In this document: piece after piece, positions 53,539 through 63,654 of the stretch
Position numbering within the stretch: position 1 is the first letter of the stretch
Layout of the letters: every line of letters begins with the position of its first letter
Source: Candidatus Tokpelaia sp. JSC188
Lineage (GTDB): Bacteria; Pseudomonadota; Alphaproteobacteria; Rhizobiales; Rhizobiaceae
Assembly: GCA_003331065.1 (NCBI GenBank)
Contig: QENB01000008.1
Location: 20,483 to 84,482, forward strand
Direction of reading: 5' to 3'
Length of the DNA stretch: 64,000 nt
The notes under the pieces: model-generated
Database searches by the model: none
Told to the model about the DNA's origin: nothing
Seen by the model: only the letters and a program-made list of their open reading frames with translations
Program-made: the position numbers and the translations under genes

Positions 53539-56500
53539 GTGCATCTTCTATTCACCAAACAGGGTACAATTTCTGAAGCAGGCGGGGTAGTAGACCTTGC
53601 TCAATCTCCGGCAGACATCATATTTTTATCAGCGGCAGACACCGAGCTTTCCTGTCTTTCTGCAGCAAAAAATCTGCTAGGAGCAGATGTCCCGGATTTG
53701 CGATTAGCCAGTTTATTGGCACTTTCTCATCCAATGTCGATAGATATGTATGTTGAGCGCACAATGCGTCATGCCAGAATTGTGATCGTGCGTCTTCTTG
53801 GTGGTGAAAGTTATTGGCGTTATGGTCTTGAAACATTTCATGCTCTTGCAGTTGCCTCCGGTATCGCTTTTGCGGCTCTGCCTGGCGATGACAAACCGGA
53901 TCCAGGCATAGCTCGCTTCTCGACGATAAGGGCAGAAGATATCGAACAACTTTGGCTCTATTTGGTTGAAGGGGGTAGTGACAATGCACAAAATTTCCTG
54001 CATTATTGTAGTTTTCTTCTTGGTCATTCAAAATATCCACCCGGACCAGCTCTTTTGATGAAGGCGGGATTATGGTGGCCAAGCCTAAGTCAACCAATGC
54101 TGAAGGATCTTCAGTTTGTTGCAGGTCTTAATGAAAGGCCGATTGTTGGTATTACCTTTTATCGCGCTCTTGTCCAGAGTGGTCAGACAGCACCAATTAA
54201 AGCACTGATAAAGGCATTACAGGCTCTTAATCTTGCTCCTTTACCGGTTTTTGTTTCAAGTCTGAAGGACAGTTTGAGTGTGGCTGTACTTTCTTATTTT
54301 TTTTCAATTTATCCCCCTGATATTGTCCTAAATGCTACTAGTTTTTCTGTTAGTGTTCTTGGTAAGAAACGCAAGCCAACAGTTCTTGAAATGCATGGCA
54401 ATATGGTTTTACAGGTTATTTTTTCTTCTGCTTCACAGAAAAACTGGCGTGAAAGCACGCGTGGATTGTTGGCACGAGATGTAGCAATGAATGTTTCTTT
54501 ACCAGAGGTCGATGGTCGAGTACTTTCACGAGCGATCTCTTTTAAAGAGGTAGAGTTTTATGACCATGAAACGCAATGCAATATCGTACACCATATGCCG
54601 CTTGATGATAGGGTTAAATTTGTAGCAGAGCTGACAGCGGCCTGGATCACACTTAAGCAGAAAAACCCGGCTCAACGGCGTATTGCCATGATTATGTCCA
54701 ATTATCCAGGAAGTGATGGCAGACTTGGCCATGGTGTTGGATTAGATACACCGGCAGCGCTTATGGTATTACTTAGAACCATGCAGGCGGTAGGATATGA
54801 TGTGAAGGACCTACCGTTAGATGGGAATGAATTGATCCGCTTTTTGGCGCTTGGACCGACTAACGCAGGGATAAAAGGGCGCATTATCCGAGAAAATCTC
54901 GCATGTGATGATTATCAGAGATTTTTCAATACATTGCCAGAAGTAATTCGCAAGGAAATGCTAGCTCGTTGGGGTAAGCCAAAAAAGGACGCTTATGTGA
55001 CTAACGAAATGTTTGCACTGCCCGTTATGTGCTTTGGCAATACGGTTGTCGGCATTCAGCCTGCACGAACCCACGGTGTAGATACAAAACAGGCTTACCA
55101 TGCATCTGATATTGTTCCTTCTCATCATTACATGGCGTTTTATTTCTGGCTGCGGTATATCTATCAGGCGGATGCTATTGTTCATATAGGAAAGCATGGA
55201 AATCTTGAATGGCTACCAGGAAAATCTTTTGCTCTATCTGATCATTGTTACCCTGAAATTGCGTTAGGACCCTTGCCGCATATCTATCCGTTTATTGTGA
55301 ATGATCCAGGGGAAGGAACACAGGCAAAACGGCGCTCATCTGCTGTTATCATTGGACATATGACCCCCCCATTGACGAGAGCTGAAAGCTACGGTCCGCT
55401 AAAGGATCTAGAGGTACTGGTTGATGAATATTACGAGGCGGCTAGTGTTGATCCAAGGCGTCTTGCTAAGCTTAAGATGCAGATTCTTGATCTTATGAAT
55501 TTAATAGGTATCAATCGTGATGCTGGTATTAAGGCGCATGATGATCCTGATCTTGCACTTCAAAAATTGGATGCCTTTCTCTGTGACTTGAAGGAACTAC
55601 AGATCCGCGATGGTTTACATATTTTTGGGAAAGCTGCAGAAGGGGAGCAGCTTACAAATCTTCTAGTAGCATTAGTGCGAGTGCCTCGCGGTACTGATGG
55701 ATATGACAGTTTGCATCGTGCTATAGCATATGATCTGCAATTGGGATTCGACCCCCTGAATTGTACCATGACAGATAGCTGGCAAGGACCTAAGGATATA
55801 CTGCTTGCAGATATGAGTAATGATCCATGGCGTAGCACTGGTGATACGGTGGAAAGAATCGAGAAGCTATGTACGGCATTTGTTTCTGGTAACATTGCTT
55901 GTCCTGAGCAGATGACAAAAACAAAACTTGTTTTAAAAAAAATAGAGCAAGAATTGCGTCCGCTGCTCGTTTCTTGTGCTCAAAATGAGATTAAAAACCT
56001 ACTTTTAGCACTTGATGGTCGTTTTGTGCCCCCTGGGCCATCTGGTGCACCGACACGCGGGCGCTTAGATGTTCTGCCAACAGGGCGAAATTTTTTTTCC
56101 GTTGATAATCGGGCAGTGCCTACAGCAGCATCATGGGATTTAGGGGCACGTTCAGCAGAGCTTTTGATTACTCGCTATGTACAGGATTATGGGGAATGGC
56201 CTACCTCTTTTGGACTTACTGCTTGGGGAACTTCCAATATGCGCACTGGTGGCGATGATATTGCTCAGGCGCTAGCGCTTATCGGTGTAAAACCAATATG
56301 GGATAATTACACACATCGTGTGATGGGATATGAAATTATTCCATTGGCAAAACTAGGGCGCCCGCGTGTGGATGTAACTTTGCGTGTTTCAGGTTTTTTC
56401 CGCGATGCATTTCCTGAGCAGCTTGTTTTGCTCGCTCAAGCTTTTTATAGTATCGGCATGCTTGATGAGTCGAATGAGGATAATCCGATGGCCATGCGGA

Positions 56501-57294
56501 TGCGCAATGATGCTAAAGATCTTGAAAATGATGGCATTTCTGAGAATGAGGCGCGCAAACAAGCCAGTTATCGCATTTTTACTACGTGTCCTGGCACTTA
56601 TGGCACTGGTGTGCCAGATTTGATAGATTCCGGTAACTGGGAAAAGATTGATGACCTTGGAGAGGCTTGGACATCGTTTTCATCCTATGCCTATGGAGCA
56701 CATCAGATAACAGAGGCTGGTGTGATGCTTAAAAAGCGCCTTAGAGAATTACAGGCGATTGTTCAGAATCAGGATAATCGCGAGCATGATTTACTTGATT
56801 CTGGAGAATATTATGCTTTTGAAGGTGGAATGGCTGCTGCAGTGATTCGAGAGAAAGGTCGACGATTACCAATTTATCATAATGATTTTTCATCTCCTGA
56901 ACGTCCAATAATAAAAACTCTTGAAGAAGAAATAGGTCGTACTTTGCGCGGGCGTGCTGTTAACCCTAAATGGATTGAAAGCATTATGCGACATGGTTAT
57001 AAAGCAGGTGCTGAAATGGCTGCCACAGTGGATTATCTCTTTGCATTTTCTGCAACAACTAATGCTGTTGTAGACGCACATTTTGATGCAGTTTATGATG
57101 CCTACTTGGTAGACGATAAGGTACGACAATTTCTATATGATAAAAATCATGCAGCATTGTGTGAGATCGCTTCTCGCCTTCATGAAGCTATTCAGCGTAG
57201 TCTATGGACACCGCGTTCCAATTCTGCGCGTTTTGCACTTAAAAACCTAATAGAAAAGAAAAACAAATATGAATGGCAGCTTTCTAATGAGTGA
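53539..57294 (+). CDS. cobN: Cobaltochelatase large subunit CobN (aerobic-type)
   Basis: 1251 aa with N-terminus MHLLFTKQGTISEAGGVVDLAQSPADIIFLSAADTEL, typical of CobN. GTG start. Confidence 0.95.
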   Translation: MHLLFTKQGTISEAGGVVDLAQSPADIIFLSAADTELSCLSAAKNLLGADVPDLRLASLLALSHPMSIDMYVERTMRHARIVIVRLLGGESYWRYGLETFHALAVASGIAFAALPGDDKPDPGIARFSTIRAEDIEQLWLYLVEGGSDNAQNFLHYCSFLLGHSKYPPGPALLMKAGLWWPSLSQPMLKDLQFVAGLNERPIVGITFYRALVQSGQTAPIKALIKALQALNLAPLPVFVSSLKDSLSVAVLSYFFSIYPPDIVLNATSFSVSVLGKKRKPTVLEMHGNMVLQVIFSSASQKNWRESTRGLLARDVAMNVSLPEVDGRVLSRAISFKEVEFYDHETQCNIVHHMPLDDRVKFVAELTAAWITLKQKNPAQRRIAMIMSNYPGSDGRLGHGVGLDTPAALMVLLRTMQAVGYDVKDLPLDGNELIRFLALGPTNAGIKGRIIRENLACDDYQRFFNTLPEVIRKEMLARWGKPKKDAYVTNEMFALPVMCFGNTVVGIQPARTHGVDTKQAYHASDIVPSHHYMAFYFWLRYIYQADAIVHIGKHGNLEWLPGKSFALSDHCYPEIALGPLPHIYPFIVNDPGEGTQAKRRSSAVIIGHMTPPLTRAESYGPLKDLEVLVDEYYEAASVDPRRLAKLKMQILDLMNLIGINRDAGIKAHDDPDLALQKLDAFLCDLKELQIRDGLHIFGKAAEGEQLTNLLVALVRVPRGTDGYDSLHRAIAYDLQLGFDPLNCTMTDSWQGPKDILLADMSNDPWRSTGDTVERIEKLCTAFVSGNIACPEQMTKTKLVLKKIEQELRPLLVSCAQNEIKNLLLALDGRFVPPGPSGAPTRGRLDVLPTGRNFFSVDNRAVPTAASWDLGARSAELLITRYVQDYGEWPTSFGLTAWGTSNMRTGGDDIAQALALIGVKPIWDNYTHRVMGYEIIPLAKLGRPRVDVTLRVSGFFRDAFPEQLVLLAQAFYSIGMLDESNEDNPMAMRMRNDAKDLENDGISENEARKQASYRIFTTCPGTYGTGVPDLIDSGNWEKIDDLGEAWTSFSSYAYGAHQITEAGVMLKKRLRELQAIVQNQDNREHDLLDSGEYYAFEGGMAAAVIREKGRRLPIYHNDFSSPERPIIKTLEEEIGRTLRGRAVNPKWIESIMRHGYKAGAEMAATVDYLFAFSATTNAVVDAHFDAVYDAYLVDDKVRQFLYDKNHAALCEIASRLHEAIQRSLWTPRSNSARFALKNLIEKKNKYEWQLSNE

Positions 57295-57895
57295 CGAGGA
57301 GATTAATATTCGTCACGCTAGAAAAATGAAAAAGAAAAGAGCAGTACGCAGCAAAATTGATAGTTGGAAAACAAGAGAAAAAGGTCTTTTGATTGTTCAT
57401 ACGGGTAAAGGTAAAGGCAAATCTACGGCTGCATTTGGCATGGTATTTCGTGCGTTGGCACATGGTATGCGTGTTGGTATTGTGCAATTTATCAAAGGTT
57501 CACGAGAGACAGGAGAACGAGTTGCGCTGAAAAAATTTTCTGATCAGATAACTATCTTTGCTGCTGGAGAAGGTTTTACTTGGGAAACTCAGAATCGCGT
57601 TAGAGATATTTCCATGGCATGTGAAGCTTGGGAAAGAGCAAAAATGATGATTTTAGACACGAATCATGACATGGTGCTATGCGACGAGCTTAATATTGTT
57701 CTACGTTATGATTATTTGTCGCTTGAGGATGTTCTTGAAACAGTGAGGCAGCGTGCTTTTATGAAGCATGTTATTATTACAGGGCGCAACGCACAGGCTG
57801 ATTTAATAGAAGCTGCAGACCTCGTGACAGAAATGTCGCTTGTAAAACATCCATTCCATAGTGGGATCAAAGGGCAGAAAGGGATAGAGTTTTGA
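57287..57895 (+). CDS. cobO: Cob(I)yrinic acid a,c-diamide adenosyltransferase
   Basis: P-loop HTGKGKGKSTAAFG and FIKG, DELN motifs. The ATG at 57287 overlaps the cobN stop (ATGAGTGA), and the track start at 57269 is an alternative. Confidence 0.92.
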   Translation: MSDEEINIRHARKMKKKRAVRSKIDSWKTREKGLLIVHTGKGKGKSTAAFGMVFRALAHGMRVGIVQFIKGSRETGERVALKKFSDQITIFAAGEGFTWETQNRVRDISMACEAWERAKMMILDTNHDMVLCDELNIVLRYDYLSLEDVLETVRQRAFMKHVIITGRNAQADLIEAADLVTEMSLVKHPFHSGIKGQKGIEF

Positions 57896-58170
57896 TAATA
57901 CTAGACAACCCTTTATCACAGCCCTTGTGTTTGAATTTTAACACCTCATCGAGTAAAGCAAATCGCTAAGAGTCAATAAGTCAAAGGGGTGAGAAAAAAG
58001 ATAAAGTATGTCGATGAAGACTCCTACAAAAAGCAGAAAAAGGCCATACAAAAGCGATTATAGGATATTCCAAGAATTCTCATTGATTCCTCGATCTCCT
58101 TCTTGTTTTTTGTATTTATCGATTACTTAAAATATGTTAGCCTATCGGCTGATTCTTCTGGAGGATTTAC

Positions 58171-58593
58171 ATGCTGAATCAGCAAGTCAATGGTGACAAA
58201 AAAATTCTTCTGAATATTATTCTAGGCATCGGTTATACAAGCAAAGCACAAGGAGAAGGGATTGAAGGTTTTATTCGCATGAAAATGAAAGAGCTTAATA
58301 TTGCAAAGATTTCAGCTCTTGCAACACTTTCCAGGTCGATTCTGCCCACGTTCCTGCTAAATATTGCGAAAAATTTTGGCGCTGTTCCAATACAACATTA
58401 TACAGCGATACGTTTGGAAATGGAGACTTTGCGTCTCATACAGCCATCCTATACGGTATATCGTGCAGTTGGTTGTCATGGGGTTGCAGAAGCTGCAGCA
58501 CTTTGCGCTGCTGGAAAGACGGGGCACCTTATTCTTGAAAAAACGGTTTTCAAGGGTATAACTTTCGCGCTAGCCTGTGGAAGCGAGATATGA
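58171..58593 (+). CDS. cobE: Cobalamin biosynthesis protein CobE (CbiG C-terminal-domain-like)
   Basis: 140 aa with GIGYTSKA..., LATL... and GCHGVAEAAALCAAG, typical of CobE/CbiG_C. GGAGG precedes the ATG. Confidence 0.75.
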   Translation: MLNQQVNGDKKILLNIILGIGYTSKAQGEGIEGFIRMKMKELNIAKISALATLSRSILPTFLLNIAKNFGAVPIQHYTAIRLEMETLRLIQPSYTVYRAVGCHGVAEAAALCAAGKTGHLILEKTVFKGITFALACGSEI

Positions 58594-59348
58594 CAGTCCA
58601 TTTTATCGGTGCTGGACCGGGGGCAAAAGATCTAATTACCATACGTGGTTTGCATCTTATTCGTTCCTGCCGTGTTTGTCTTTATGCAGGATCGCTTGTA
58701 CCGCGCGAAATGATAGCTGATGTTCCTAAAGAAGCAAAAGTTCTGAATACAGCTGACATGACACTAAATGCAATTATCGAAGAAATGCGAAAGGCACATG
58801 AAACCGGCAAAGATGTTGCTCGCCTGCATTCAGGCGACCCTTCGTTATATGGTGCTATTGCTGAGCAGATACAGAGGCTTGATCAGCTGCACATCCCTTA
58901 TGATATTACACCGGGAGTGCCTACTTTTTCTGCTGCCGCTGCCGCACTCAAACAGGAACTTACCATACCTGGATTGAATCAATCACTTATCCTTAGCCGT
59001 ACATCGGTTCATTCCTCTCCTATGCCTAAAAGTGAAAGTCTGGTGAATCTTGCCGCCTCTCGTGCAACTATTGTATTGCATTTATCAGCTGGAAACATTG
59101 CCTATATACAATCGCAGTTAATTCCCCTGTATGGCAAAGATTGCCCGGTAGTAGTAGTAGCTCGCGTCGGTTGGCCAGACGAATGTATTCTGCGTGGAAT
59201 TCTTAGTTCTATTGATCGAGATATGGCACAAATAGGTATAAAGCGTACAGCTATTATTTTTATCGGAAAAGCCATGGCATCACCTTCTTTTCCTATTCGC
59301 AAATCCTCATTATACGCAGAAAATTGTTGTCGAAAAATAGTATTATAA
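58590..59348 (+). CDS. cobM: Precorrin-4 C11-methyltransferase
   Basis: MTVHFIGAGPGAKDLITIRG..., HSGDPSLYGA and ITPGVPTFSAAAA motifs. Confidence 0.92.
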   Translation: MTVHFIGAGPGAKDLITIRGLHLIRSCRVCLYAGSLVPREMIADVPKEAKVLNTADMTLNAIIEEMRKAHETGKDVARLHSGDPSLYGAIAEQIQRLDQLHIPYDITPGVPTFSAAAAALKQELTIPGLNQSLILSRTSVHSSPMPKSESLVNLAASRATIVLHLSAGNIAYIQSQLIPLYGKDCPVVVVARVGWPDECILRGILSSIDRDMAQIGIKRTAIIFIGKAMASPSFPIRKSSLYAENCCRKIVL

Positions 59349-59356
59349 TGCAATCT

Positions 59357-60112
59357 TTATTCTTTTATAAGACCAATCTTGCAAAGATGTTTCACCACCT
59401 CCTCTATACTAGTGGCAATGGCTGTTTTATTAGGTAGCTTACGACTGACCATGAAAATATCTAAGCCAATCTCGCGAGCTGCAATAATTTTCCCGTAGGA
59501 TGCTTGGCCACCTGAATTACGGCAAACGATACAGTCTATTTTGTTTTTTATCAGGAAGCGGCTCTCATCTTCTTTATTACTTGGTTTTCCTTGAATAATC
59601 TTCAATTTTTTAAAAAGCGGCATCTTTTCTGGTAATTCGAGCAGGCGAGCTACAAAGCTAATGTCATAGCGGTAGGAAAAGGTTGCCAAATGCTGACGCC
59701 CAATAGCTAAAAAGACTCGTGCATTTTGAGGGATAATTTCCGCCGCCTTTTCAAGAGTAGCAGTCTCAATCCACCTATCCCCTATCATCTGCTGCCATGG
59801 AAGACGCTCTAACTGTATAAGCGGTACTTTGATTTTGTTGCATGCAATAATAGCATTCTCCGTGATCCGATTGGCAAAAGGGTGAGTGACATCGATAACC
59901 AATCGAATATTTTTTTCTCTGAGATAATTTGCCAACCCTTCCACACCACCGAAGCCACCAATGCGTACTGACCCGGTGGGCAAGCGCGGATTTTTTGTTC
60001 GTCCGGCTAGTGAAGTTATAATATTGACTGATATATCGGTTAGTTGTTTGGCTAATATATAACCTTCATTTGTTCCACCAAGAAGTAGAACTCTCTTACC
60101 CAACCCGCGCAA
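59357..60112 (-). CDS. cobK: Precorrin-6A reductase
   Basis: 251 aa with VLLLGGTNEG N-terminus and CobK/CbiJ-like VCRNSGG. TTG start, overlapping the cbiD stop by 17 nt. Confidence 0.85.
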   Translation of the reverse strand: MRGLGKRVLLLGGTNEGYILAKQLTDISVNIITSLAGRTKNPRLPTGSVRIGGFGGVEGLANYLREKNIRLVIDVTHPFANRITENAIIACNKIKVPLIQLERLPWQQMIGDRWIETATLEKAAEIIPQNARVFLAIGRQHLATFSYRYDISFVARLLELPEKMPLFKKLKIIQGKPSNKEDESRFLIKNKIDCIVCRNSGGQASYGKIIAAREIGLDIFMVSRKLPNKTAIATSIEEVVKHLCKIGLIKE

Positions 60113-61202
60113 GGATACTTCCTTCTTGGTCTATTACAATAACTTCCACTATAGTTGCTGTTCCACGTAGGGTTTCAAGAGCTTTGTTACGGGCTTTGTA
60201 GGCAATAGAATCTGCAAGATTAATATTGTTTTTTATTGCGATTTCAAATATTTCCTTTGCTGTATTGGCATTAAGGATTTGGTTTTTAAAATTTTGCTTC
60301 ATTCCCATGCTTTCTGCAATACACCACAAAAATCCCTTGCTTATCTGACTACGGGAAGAATGTAAGTCAAGTGCCCCCTGGGCCAGCTTAGTAAATTTAG
60401 CAAATCCACCAGCAAGTGTCAGCTTTTTGATAGGATGACTACGTAGATACTTAAGCACAGCACCAACAAAATCCCCCATATTTAAGAGGGCACAATCTGG
60501 CAGATGGTAAAGAGCCTGCGCTGCATCCTCCGAAGTAGAGCCTGTTGCCCCGATAACGTGTGATTGCTGAGCCTTCCGCGCCACATTAATACTGTGATAT
60601 ATGGAATGAATCCATGCCGAGCATGAAAATGGATGAACAATGCCTGTTGTCCCAAGAATAGAAATGCCTTCAAGAATGCCAAGTCGTGGATTCCATGTCT
60701 TTTGTGCAATTTTTTCTCCATTAGGAACAGTAATAGTGACCATTAGATCAGCAGGAAGATGATATCTGTTGCATATTTCTTGAATAACACCACGCATCAG
60801 TTTACGTGGTATGGGGTTAATTGCTGCTTCTCCTGGCGGAATCGGCAAACCAGCGCGAGTAATAATGCCGACACCCTTTCCTGCCTGAAAAACTATACCT
60901 GCACCTGGTTGTGTAAAGCAAACAGTTGCCATGATCATAGCACCATGGGTCACATCTGGATCATCACCTGCATCTTTGATAATGCCAGCTGTGGCTTGAT
61001 CTTTTCCAAAGCTGGTGATTTCTAACTGAAACTGAGGCATATCCCCTTTTGGCAAAACAATCCCAACAGGGTTTTGGAACTCACCGGTAACTAAAGCGCT
61101 TAAAGCTGCTTTTGTTGCTGCCGTTGCACACGCGCCGGTTGTCCATCCGCTGCGTAGTTGTTTTGCTGATAGTGACTTTACTTTGCCTACTGTATTATCC
61201 AT
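60096..61202 (-). CDS. cbiD: Cobalt-precorrin-5B (C1)-methyltransferase CbiD
   Basis: LRSGWTTGACATAATKAA and KDAGDDPDVTHG motifs, 368 aa. Confidence 0.9.
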   Translation of the reverse strand: MDNTVGKVKSLSAKQLRSGWTTGACATAATKAALSALVTGEFQNPVGIVLPKGDMPQFQLEITSFGKDQATAGIIKDAGDDPDVTHGAMIMATVCFTQPGAGIVFQAGKGVGIITRAGLPIPPGEAAINPIPRKLMRGVIQEICNRYHLPADLMVTITVPNGEKIAQKTWNPRLGILEGISILGTTGIVHPFSCSAWIHSIYHSINVARKAQQSHVIGATGSTSEDAAQALYHLPDCALLNMGDFVGAVLKYLRSHPIKKLTLAGGFAKFTKLAQGALDLHSSRSQISKGFLWCIAESMGMKQNFKNQILNANTAKEIFEIAIKNNINLADSIAYKARNKALETLRGTATIVEVIVIDQEGSILARVG

Positions 61203-61322
61203 CCTCGATTATATATATATTACTTACACATTTTGTAATGAATTTGTAGACTGAAATAGATAATACCGGATAGAAAATAGGTTGTTAAACGGCTATTTTA
61301 AAAATTAAAGCAATTTCGATAT

Positions 61323-62195
61323 ATGATTGATAAAATGTATTCACGACATAGATTATCTTTGCCTTTCTTTCCAAAAGGAGAAGTATGGCTTGCAGGAGCT
61401 GGACCAGGAGATCTCGGTTTGTTAACCCTTCATGCTCTTAATGGCATAGAACAGGCAGATATCATCCTTTATGATGCCTTAATTAATAAATCCTGCCTCA
61501 ATTATGCCAAAGTTGATGCTATTCTGGAATTCTCGGGTAAGCGTGGTGGTTTGGTTTCTCCTGGACAATATGAAATTACTAGACGTTTGATTGCGCTTGC
61601 CCGTGATAAATTGCGAGTGCTACGACTTAAAGGAGGTGATCCGTTTGTTTTTGGTCGTGGTGGTGATGAAGCGTTAGCGCTTGCACAGGCGCATATTCCA
61701 TTTCGTATCATTCCCGGTATAACGGCTGGGATAGCGGGTCCTGCCTATGCTGGTATTCCTATAACCAATCGATTTATTAACCAAAGTGTGACCTTTATTA
61801 CTGGACATGATACTCATGGGAAATTGCCGAAAAATCTTGATTGGCATGCGCTGGCATGTGGTTCTGGTGTCCTTATTTTTTACATGGCGATGAAACATAT
61901 CAACAAAATTGTCGGGGCACTTCTTAGCGCTGGACGTGATCCTAACGATCCTGTAGCCTTTATTTCTAATGCCACAACTAGAAAGCAACAGGTGGTGACA
62001 GCGAAATTGGATTTCGCCATAGAGATCGTTAGGAAAAAAGAGATTAAAGCTCCAGCAATTATTGTGATTGGCAAAGTTGTTGATATGATGGCTTTTCTTA
62101 AACATTTTCAACAGCAATGGGAAACAGTTCGCCACTCTAGCATACTGCAGGATGATAGGGAAGCAAGGCATTCATCCGCTCATGCCTACGATTGA
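61323..62195 (+). CDS. cobA: Uroporphyrinogen-III C-methyltransferase (SUMT)
   Basis: VWLAGAGPGDLGLLTL, LKGGDPFVFGRGGDE and IPGITAG motifs. Confidence 0.9.
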   Translation: MIDKMYSRHRLSLPFFPKGEVWLAGAGPGDLGLLTLHALNGIEQADIILYDALINKSCLNYAKVDAILEFSGKRGGLVSPGQYEITRRLIALARDKLRVLRLKGGDPFVFGRGGDEALALAQAHIPFRIIPGITAGIAGPAYAGIPITNRFINQSVTFITGHDTHGKLPKNLDWHALACGSGVLIFYMAMKHINKIVGALLSAGRDPNDPVAFISNATTRKQQVVTAKLDFAIEIVRKKEIKAPAIIVIGKVVDMMAFLKHFQQQWETVRHSSILQDDREARHSSAHAYD

Positions 62196-62228
62196 ATCGT
62201 CGTATCAAAAAAGGAAAATAAGTAAGCC

Positions 62229-63551
62229 ATGATGAAAGGCTTCATTTTAGCCTCCCCTTCTTCAGGTGCAGGTAAAACGATTGTAACACTTAGCCTTTTG
62301 CGTACACTAAAAAACCGAGGTATCGACGTTGTTCCAGCTAAAGCCGGACCAGATTATATCGATCCCACTTTTCATCAGGCTGCTTGTGGCATAAAAAGCA
62401 TTAACTTAGATGCTTGGGGCATGCGCTCTAGTTTTGTTAAGGCCCTTGTTGCGGATATCATGCAAGATGGTATGTTTTTGGTTATTGAAGCAATGATGGG
62501 TCTATTTGATGGGGCGGCTAATAGTACAGGTTCGTCAGCGATGCTAGCCCGTATGCTTGGGTTTCCAATTATTTTAGTTATTGATTGTGTAAAGCTTTCC
62601 CATTCAGCGGCAGCGCTTGTGCATGGCTTTGCTAGCTACTGGCCGGATATTAACATTGCTGGATTGATTCTCAATAAAGTTAATAGCGATCGGCATGAAA
62701 TTATGCTATGTGATGCTTTAGCGCCGCTCAATATTCCCGTTATCGGTGTTTTTCGTCGTAGTGAAGCTTTTATTCTTCCTGAACGATATCTAGGCCTTAT
62801 ACAGGCTAGTGAATATAATAAATTAGAAAATTTTATTGACTCCGCTGCCCGTATTGCAGCTTCAAGGATGAATGTAGAAAAATTGCTCTATATTGGAGGG
62901 TTGGTTGAAAAAAAGAACAGTAGCCTATCCAGCTCTATCCCATACTTTGCACCTTTAGGTGATCATATTGCAGTCGCTCGTGATGATGCATTTCGCTTTT
63001 CCTATCCGCATATTCTCACAGGCTGGCGCAATTGTGGTGCTACCATTAGTTTTTTCTCGCCACTTGCAAATGAAGGTCCAGCAATTGATGCCAATGCAAT
63101 TTATCTACCAGGTGGTTATCCTGAACTTTATGCTGGAAAGTTGGCAAATGCTTTCCATTTCCGGACGGCTATGCAAAAAGCGGCAGAAAAAAAGCATGTG
63201 ATTTATGGTGAATGCGGCGGTTATATGGTGCTTGGTCATGCGTTGGAAGATGCTCATGGAATATCCCATAAAATGCTGGGTCTTTTGCCACTTATAACAG
63301 ATTTTAGAAGCCCTAAGCTTCATCTCGGTTATCGCAGACTTGAGCAAATGAGCGGTTTTCTGAAACAGAAAAATCTCAGGGGACATGAATTTCATTATGC
63401 TGCAACCTTATGGCAGGGAAATACAGCTCCTTTGTTCAGGGTACGCGACGCTCTTGACAATTCTTTTGGTACTATTGGCTTGCAGAAAGGTAGTGTTGCT
63501 GGATCATTTGTTCATGTACTTGATATTGAAGATGATATCATATCATCTTAG
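62229..63551 (+). CDS. cobB: Hydrogenobyrinate/cobyrinate a,c-diamide synthase
   Basis: SSGAGKT P-loop and a GATase domain with ECGGYMVLG, 440 aa. Confidence 0.92.
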   Translation: MMKGFILASPSSGAGKTIVTLSLLRTLKNRGIDVVPAKAGPDYIDPTFHQAACGIKSINLDAWGMRSSFVKALVADIMQDGMFLVIEAMMGLFDGAANSTGSSAMLARMLGFPIILVIDCVKLSHSAAALVHGFASYWPDINIAGLILNKVNSDRHEIMLCDALAPLNIPVIGVFRRSEAFILPERYLGLIQASEYNKLENFIDSAARIAASRMNVEKLLYIGGLVEKKNSSLSSSIPYFAPLGDHIAVARDDAFRFSYPHILTGWRNCGATISFFSPLANEGPAIDANAIYLPGGYPELYAGKLANAFHFRTAMQKAAEKKHVIYGECGGYMVLGHALEDAHGISHKMLGLLPLITDFRSPKLHLGYRRLEQMSGFLKQKNLRGHEFHYAATLWQGNTAPLFRVRDALDNSFGTIGLQKGSVAGSFVHVLDIEDDIISS

Positions 63552-63654
63552 ATGACGATAATGTCTCTACCACGATATTCAACTTCTCACAGTATTGAAG
63601 ATTAACAAATGGCATTGAACATTTTGGCTTCAGGGGGTTCTCGAAAGATAAAGT

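Noticed and set aside
58008-58130. 40-codon basic ORF (MSMKTPTKSRKRPYKSDY...) in the cobO-cobE spacer
   Set aside because: It has no convincing RBS spacing, no recognisable family and low-complexity composition. I cannot support it without conservation data.
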